The notes under the pieces were generated by a model, which did no database searches, was not told the origin of the DNA, and saw only the letters and a list, made by a program, of their open reading frames with translations. A stretch of DNA of 64,000 bases, taken from NCBI GenBank assembly GCA_964016885.1, contig OZ024743.1, positions 364,002,001 to 364,066,000 on the forward strand, in the 5' to 3' direction. The position numbers and the translations under genes were made by a program. Position 1 is the stretch's first letter; each line of letters begins with the position of its first letter. The stretch is from Eledone cirrhosa (lineage: Eukaryota). Below, in pieces: positions 56,260-64,000 of this stretch.

Positions 56260-57335
56260 TTTCGTTTCTGAATTTGTTTAGCAAGATTCTTTATCTGAAA
56301 TCGTGTGTTGAAACCGATATTGTTATACTTTGGGAGGGTCATGTTGCCAATAAGAAACACACGCACCAGATGCTTTCACTTCAATGTATGTTTATTGCCT
56401 CTGTAATTTGTCTAAACATTGCGTCTTTTCTGTGTGTAGATTCTATTTTTATTTCTATCTTCTCTAATTTACCCTTGTGTTCTAACATAGAAATAAAAAT
56501 AGAATCTACACACAGAAAAGACGCAATGTTTAGACAAATTACAGAGGCAATAAACATAAAAGAATTACAACCAAAATTAAATAGAAAATATGAGTGGAAC
56601 AGCAACATCACAACTTACAATTAAGGACAAAATGAAAACACACACACACATAGAACAAACAACCAACCAGTAACATGTTAATAAACAAATAAATAAATGA
56701 ACATAAACACACACAGACACCCGGATGTGGCGCATGCGCAGACTGAGCACACAACACACACACAGAAACAAAATGGCGTAGGACAGAACAAAGGAGAGGC
56801 ACAGAAACAAAGAAAGGAATCCCCAGTCACTGAAGAGGTCACAGAGTGTGTGACGAAAGAACTATGACTATATATAAACAACTATCTGGTTGTGGAACCA
56901 ACCAACCAACCAGAAATTTATAAATTTATAAATTTATAAATATATAATAAATTGAAGTGAAAGCAACTGGTGCGTGTGTTTCTTATTGGCAACATGACCC
57001 TCCCAAAGTATAACAATATATATATATATTTCGTTTCTGAATTTGTTTAGCAAGATTCTGTATCAGAAAACGTGTGTTGAAACCGATATTGTTATACTTT
57101 GGGAGGGTCATGTTGCCAATAAGAAACACACGCACCAGATGCTTTCACTTCAATTTATTATAATAAATTTATAAATTTAGGAATTTATAAATTTCCGGTT
57201 GGTTGGTTGGTTCCACAACCAGATGGTTGTTTATATATTGTCAAAGTTCTTTCGTCACACATTCTGTGACCTCTTCAGTGACTGGGGATTCTTTTCTTTG
57301 TTTTTGTGCCTCTCCTTTGTTCTGTCCTACGCCAT
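56260..57335. mobile_element. Penelope-like 3' end: GIY-YIG C-terminus plus pLTR with HHR, with inverted duplications
   Basis: NIEIKIESTHRKDAMFRQITEAINIKELQPKLNRKYEW-stop (56484-56624), HHR at 56825-56869, inverted copies at 56260-56460 and 57028-57335. Confidence 0.8.
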
Positions 57336-57338
57336 CTT

Positions 57339-57378
<40 letters not shown>

Positions 57379-57388
57379 CTAGTTAGAC

Positions 57389-57564
57389 CAGTGGTTCTCA
57401 ACCTTTTTTTTTTGCCAACGGCACACCTTGGAACACATGAATAAATAGCGGCACACCTGGCTAAATAATATTTTTCATATATATTTATTAACTGTTTCAT
57501 ATATAGTATTTTTGTTCTTAGTGTGCCGTTCAAAATTTCGCGGCACATTGGTTGAGAATCACTG
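57389..57564. mobile_element. hAT (Charlie-like) MITE, 176 bp
   Basis: TIRs CAGTGGTTCTCAACC / GGTTGAGAATCACTG and a perfect 8-bp TSD AGTTAGAC (57381-57388, 57565-57572). Confidence 0.92.
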
Positions 57565-57824
57565 AGTTAGACCATTACTCAACAGAGTACTTGAAACTTG
57601 GGATAGTAGAGCGTGGCTATATTAATCTGGAAGTACCTGTTGAAACGGCCAGAGCGCAGCAGCCCGCCTCAACTCTTTCTAATGTATATATATAATTCAA
57701 GGCCAAGAAATTGTCCAGACAAATCTAGCTACATTATGCGTGTTTGTATGATTATATAGATGCAATGACATAAGAAAATCTGATAGTAAAGTTGTTAGAA
57801 TATCGATTCTTACTATCCCTGTCC

Positions 57825-57962
<138 letters not shown>

Positions 57963-59338
57963 TTTTATTCATGCCAAGCAAAGAGTGTCTAGGACTACAT
58001 TATCTATTAAAAAAATGAAAGTTAGAATGTGATTTTCGAGACTATTTCTAGAGGCCAAGAAAACTAGTCCCGATACTTGCAATTTAATCAATGACGAAAC
58101 AAAACCTCTAGCACTACATCTACATATATAGCAGATCGAGTAGAATGCCTCAATTCTCGCAAACCTTTCGTGCTGACCTATCAATCCAACAAAAAGCCAG
58201 CGACGAGTAATCAAGAAACACATTTTAGATTTTATTAATGCAAAAGTAAGACACACACATATGAGCACAAAAAAAAAAACCACATAATGCAATGGAAATG
58301 CAGTAGTACTATTATTAAATACTTTAACAGTATCAAAGATGAATTTAATTGCAGATTCACCCAATTGGATGCTGTAAAATATTAACGATCAGCTTCTAAA
58401 GGTCTAAACGACACCGATATCAATAATATGAGGAATGCAAGGAAGTCGTTATTATTTTATGAGAATTATTTTCGATTAAGAAACACTGAAAAAAATATTC
58501 AATGTATGTATGGGTAGCTATGATAGAACATAGATGTCAAATTCGGACAGAGTATATATCCTACACTCACCGAAAATTAAACAAGGTCCATCAGCATAGG
58601 ACTTTGCAGTGGAAATTAACTGCCATGGCTCGCATCATGAACGAATATAACATGAACTAACTCAGAAAGACAGTAATAGACTCTTTCAAAAAAAATTACT
58701 TAAAAATTACGATAACACTAAACAGAGTCAACGCTAACTCATTGAAGAAACATAATATACATAAATAGGTGCTACACATGATGGTGCTACACCCACCATC
58801 ATGTTAAATAAGAAATAGGAAAAATCTGGTTGAAAAATAAAAAGAAAAACAACGGTGTTGTCAAATCATTGACTAGAAAATTGTGGCTGGAACTTGAAGA
58901 TTACTATTGATGGGGGACTTTAAATAAGCGGCGGCTGTTAAGAGTTGTTTGCGAGAGGATTTTGCCACGTCACCACAGTTTCTGATTAATGACACAAATA
59001 TAGGCTTGTCTCTTCTCTCCCTCTCTACACATGGCACAACGTTCAACTACTTTCAAATATGGCGTCTGCAAGTAATTCGTTTCTCTTCTATGCTCTTCTT
59101 TCTTTCTCTCTTGCCCTCTCTTATACTTTCGTAACAATCTGTCCAACATATGAAGCATTATACACATACGTAGCAAACATAAATATATATATACATATAT
59201 ATATATATATGCACAGGTAGACACACATACATACATGTATGTATGTATGTATGTATGTATGTATGTATGTATGTATGTATGTATGTATGTGTGTCTGTGC
59301 ATATATATATAAATAAATATATATATATATATGTTTGC

Positions 59339-59369
<31 letters not shown>

Positions 59370-59745
59370 TGTATGTATGTATGTACCCGTAACTCCTGAT
59401 AGAGTCGTAGGGGCGCCATATTAACATACGGAGTTTCTTGGACATTTTAAGCCTGGCGGAGCCCATCCCTCTCTAGGCCTGTGCACAGCAGAGTTCTTCC
59501 AGAGAAAGATAGAAAGCGAGAGAGAGTAAATGGGAAAGAGATGTAGAGGAAGAACCGACCCCAGTACTAGACTGGTACTTTTTTATTTAATGTCTAACTT
59601 AATGGCACCACCTGGCGAAATCTTTCAAATCATGATTTGGACGCCATGGCCTAGTCAAGTAGAGAGTTATTGTTTACGGTGACATGTCCGAGTGTAGGAG
59701 GTTTATCTGGGATTTCTTGGGAGAATTTGTCCAAAGACTTTTTGA

Positions 59746-60410
59746 CACTCGTCCTCTCAAGGAAGCCTGCACAGTGCACGCTACATGTGAATGGAGTTCC
59801 ATTGAAATAGGTAGAGACATTCAAGTACCTCGGGGCAGTGTTCACGAGTGATGGAATTAAGTGCAAGAATTGCAGGAGCTTCAGAATTCAGTAATCAGAA
59901 GAAGGGCGGTAGAAGTAAAAGCCAAACTCGCTGTCTTCAATTCGGTTTCCATACCAACCCTTATCTTTGGTCATGAATCTTGGGTAATGACAGAAAGAAT
60001 ATGATCGCGGATACAAGCGGCCGAAATTAAGTCCCTCCGAAGGGTCTTTGGAGTAACGTTACTCGATAGAGTACGTAGCTCGGAGATCAAAGAGTAATTT
60101 CAGGTAGAGCCGCTATTTTTCCGAATTGAGAGATCACAGCTCCATTACTATGAACATGTGGTTAGAACGTCTACGGAAAGAATCGCTGGACAGATTTTAC
60201 AGGCAAAACCAACAGGTAGGAGACCCAGGGGTAGAGCCAGAGCAAGGTGGTTGGATAACAACCATGAGTTTGGCTGGTCACACTTGGGAATCAAGCCGGA
60301 TCAGTTGGAGATGGTTGCTTCTGACAGGACCCGCTGGAAGGACTGTTTGAGGACTCTGCCTGTCCCCACGACCCTCTCAGGAATAAGTGGATGAAGAAAA
60401 GAAGAAGAAA
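59746..60410 (+). mobile_element. 5'-truncated RTE-type LINE nested in the CR1-like element
   Basis: VETFKYLG...GHESWVMT...RPRGRARARWLD, (GAA)n tail, TSD ACTTTTTGA at 59737-59745 and 60411-60419. Confidence 0.85.
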
Positions 60411-61185
60411 ACTTTTTGAATTTTATGGAGTCGGTTTCTGTTTTAATGTGTTTTGGTGTAATGTTAAAGAAAGCGGGACCAATTGAGGTGAAATAATTGT
60501 GCCATATTGTTATGAGATGCGAGTTTGATTTCTGTTGTGGGAAAATAGCACAGGGCCCATGCCTTATGTGTATTTTATAGATGATACCAACATCATTTGG
60601 GCAATGCTGATGGAATATTTTTTACATCATGCAGATAACGAAGCGCTCACATCAGCGTTGGAGAGAGTAGGGTTTAAGCATTTCTAGTCAACCTTAGTTA
60701 TCAAGACTTGTCTTTTTTGTGATTGACCTTGGAGGTGCTTCAATTTTCATAATGCTTTGTTTCATGTGGGGAGACCACAGTGGACAACACTATTCAAATA
60801 GAGGGGGGGGGGGCAAAAGTAGAGAAGAGAAGGATAATGGTGTAGATATCTATCAACTAGTAAGTTCTGATAATCGAGGAACACATCCTCAGTGGCCCAG
60901 CTTATGTTGTTATCAACAATTACTCCCAAGTCTCTGATGTTGTTGGATGCCACAAACTTTTCACCTGAAGGAAGGGAATATAAGAGTTTAAGTGCATCCT
61001 CTTTTCCAAAGTGGATTATTTCGAATTTATCCTCGTTCAACAACATATTGTTTTTTCTCCACCCATTGGATAACAGCCAGTAGATCTGATTGAAGGTATG
61101 ACTGGTCACCCACTCCATTGATGACCTTCTGGAATCTGCAAAGATTCTTATGTTGATGACGTCAGTAATGTCATTGATATAAATA

Positions 61186-61293
61186 ATTTTTCTACTTTTG
61201 GCACAAGGCCAGCAATTACCCAGTACATTACTGGTACTTTATTGTATCGACCCCGTAAGGATGAAAGGCAAAGTTGACCTCGGCGGGATTTGA
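61186..61293 (-). mobile_element. Partial SINE, family 1
   Basis: 3' half of the 581-806 family inside the CR1-like RT region. Confidence 0.8.
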
Positions 61294-62570
61294 GGTCGAA
61301 AAGAAGTGAGCCTAACACAGTACCTTGTGAGATGCCACTACTGATCTTGGTTGGGCTTCATTGTACTTCGACTACATGTTCGGCTCTGTTTGTCAGGAAA
61401 CACTTGATCCATTGCAGTAACTTTCCAGAGACACCAATGTTGGATAGATTTTTCAGTATAATGTTGTGATCAAACCTTGCTGAAATAAAGGTAGATGACA
61501 TCAGTATTGGAGATGTATTGACACACCTTCAGGACACTAGCAGAGAACCTATCGTGGCCTACTGCTGAATTGTGTTTAGTTTTGTTTATTTCCGCTAAGA
61601 TATCAGGGACGCCAAACGTTATGTCCGGTATAGTGTGTTGGGGATTAACATCACTGATACAGCCCAGATCAGCCATATCAGGATTACTGAAAACAGAGCA
61701 GTATTGTTTCTGCAGTATGTCACCCATGGTTTTAGCCTTGTCTTGGAGAGTGCTATTTTCATCAATCAGAAGGCCAACAGTGGAGCCAGTGATCTTGTGT
61801 TTTTTCGCAAATGAAAAGAACACTTTGGGGTTGAGTTTGATTTTCTCAATAGCCTATTTCGCCTCAGCTGTTCTTTGGTTATTGATGATAGTCTTCATGC
61901 ATTGTTGGAGATTAGATTTTTTTTTTTTATTCAAGCAGTGCGATATCAGTCGAATGTTTATGTTGCTGTTGGCAGTATTTTAGTTTGTTAATTTCTTTTG
62001 TTTGTTCTTTTTAATTTTCTGATAATAGTTTTTCTGTTTTGGGGGATTCTGCACTTAGTTTTATTCACAGATCTTGGTGGGGTGTGTTTTTCACATATGT
62101 TTGAAACGATATGTAAAGGTCTCTGGAACGAAGGATTTTTCTGTTGTAGTTTTAATCCAAATTTTATTTAACTAGATATGGGGTGTGTTTATTGTTGGGT
62201 TGTATAAGAAAAAATTATATATATTGTATCTTGCCTTTCATATTGTGTGAATTAAGGTCTATTACACGAAATATTATTTGTGTTTATAATTAACTGCCTG
62301 TTTGTATTTTGTGGTATGTTTTGGTTAGTTTAGGGTGTTTGCATTTTGTCATTGGGCAGAGTTTTAAAGGTGTATACACACACACACATTATATATATAT
62401 ATATATAACGAAGGAAATGTGGTAAGGAACCAGTTGGACCATAACGCACCAAAGTACTCAATACTTAGGGTAGTAGAGTGGGTAATATGAACAAGTAGGA
62501 CCCCGACGGCTGAGCTCAAGCCGTTTCGACCCAAAACGGCTTGAGCTCAGCCGTCGGGGTCCTACTTGTT

Positions 62571-62620
<50 letters not shown>

Positions 62621-62753
62621 CATTTTTGTAATCGGCAGAATTTTAAAGCTGTGTATATACACACTAACACATACACATTATATATATATATATATATATA
62701 TACAATATATACAATATATTAATAAATGGAAACTATATTTATAAAACGATATT

Positions 62754-62819
62754 TATTTTATTATATATATTTCAAGGGCAACCAAGGCAAATTATGGTGC
62801 GCTTTCATCAGATAAAATA
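62754..62819 (-). ncRNA. Type I hammerhead ribozyme
   Basis: The minus strand reads tattttat-CTGATGA-aagcgcacc...ggttgccctt-GAAA-tatata-TA-ataaaata. Confidence 0.75.
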
Positions 62820-63129
62820 CAGATTTGTTTTATAAATAAATATTGACATACCCGGAAAAAAGACAACCTTAACGGTTGGAGCTTCCTGGATAGTGGAGAT
62901 AATATTTTATTGCGGGTAATACAAAGTTATGAGTGAGTATGCAAATGAGTGTCCGAAAAGTTGAAAAGATAACGGTTTATTTAAATTAAACTGTTGGAAG
63001 AGGATGATATGTAAGGGAGAGAGAGAAAAAGAAAAAAAGAAAAGGAAGGAGAAAGAGAGAAGAGGAAAGAAAGAACGATTATACATAGTGATATTGAAGA
63101 AAGTTAGAATGCATCAAAAGTTAGAATGC

Positions 63130-64000
63130 ATCCAGCAGAAAGCATCAAAAGCACACAAGAACTGCTTCAATGGTTATCAACTGCCACTACTCTCCTCGTC
63201 CCTCAAAATAGCCAAACAACACTCGCTAAAGATTACCGCCCAATAGCCTGCCAGAACGTTCATCTACAATTTATACACTGTTCTTGCAGGAGCATTGTGC
63301 CACCAACAACATTATAACACCTGAGCAAGCTGGTGGAAAGAAGGAGGTGTGGGGCTCCTTAGAACAGCTACTAATTAATAAAATAATACAGGAAAAAACA
63401 GCAAAGAATTGCAGGAACATGATTGTGGTGTGGCTGGACTATCAGAAGGCTTTTGACAGTGTACCTCATGGGTGGATTATTAAGGCTTTACAGTTAGTCA
63501 AAGTCCCACAACCACTAGTAGCTCCTTTTGAACGCCTGACCAAGAATTGGTACACCAATTTGATCCTTAGAGGTGAGAAGTAGCAAATTTAGATCGATAC
63601 GATACATTACAAGAAAGGCATCTTTCGGGGTGATAGCTTATTAGTGCTACTCTTCGTCCTCTCATTAAATCCACTATCATACTTGCTCACAAAACAAAGT
63701 GGTCATAGAAGTGGGTCTAGAAGCGTCTCCTATCTTTTCTTTGTTGATGACCTGAAGTTGAATGGACCAAATACCAACTATATCAAAAAACAACTGGACC
63801 TCATTACACAATTTTCTACAGACATCAGAATTAAGGTTCGTGAGTCCAAATGTGCATATTTAATAGTAAAACGTGGAAGGGTTGTGCTCGCTTCTGTAAA
63901 TCTAGAGATGAACGGCTTGACAATACAACGCCTACAGTCAGGTGACAACTACAGATATCTTGGACAGGATGAGAATGTCAGATATGATGGACCCATAAAT
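63130..64000 (+). mobile_element. Decayed R4/Dong-like non-LTR retrotransposon RT, runs off the window
   Basis: DYRPIAC, EQAGGKK..EQLLIN, WLDYQKAFDSVPHGWI, KGIFRGDSL..LLFVLSLNPLS, LFFVDDLKL, YRYLG. Contains stops and frameshifts. Confidence 0.75.

Larger units (their letters stand above)
59590..61985 (-). mobile_element. Decayed CR1/L2-group LINE, interrupted by an RTE fragment and a SINE
   Basis: FFSFAKK, QYCSVF, SAVGHD, SGISQGTVLGSLLF, MLLNEDKFEIIHFG, IRDLGVIVD, KSLDKF..IPDKP. Confidence 0.8.

Noticed and set aside
58900-59090. Promoter or enhancer (GCCACGTCA, ATGGCG motifs) in a unique-looking stretch
   Set aside because: Short motifs are expected by chance, and there is no transcript or conservation evidence.

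Overview
Eukaryotic, very AT-rich and repeat-dense genomic DNA. The SINE families and kilobase-scale (TA)n tracts suggest an octopus or other cephalopod (inference). Only one host protein-coding gene is recognisable: a single-coding-exon PERCC1-like gene on the minus strand (913-2319) carrying a YAP/FAM181-type TEAD-binding motif. The rest is microsatellite plus mobile DNA: an intact-ORF RTE LINE, a decayed near-full-length Tx1/L1-clade LINE with truncated copies stacked in (GATA)n, Penelope-like (PLE) GIY-YIG remnants, CRE-, CR1- and R4-like fragments, tRNA-derived SINEs and hAT MITEs. The main hidden signal is RNA structure. Reading by eye finds about 25 type I hammerhead ribozyme (HHR) motifs from roughly a dozen distinct sequence families, nearly all in short, often fold-back, islands within (TA)n. 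These include a 5.2 x 310-bp tandem array with one HHR per unit (retrozyme/circRNA-like) and two related 317/320-bp repeat families whose HHRs carry the compensatory U3-A8 core. Most short ORFs in the supplied track are microsatellite artefacts. Ribozyme activity and family names are inferred, not tested.
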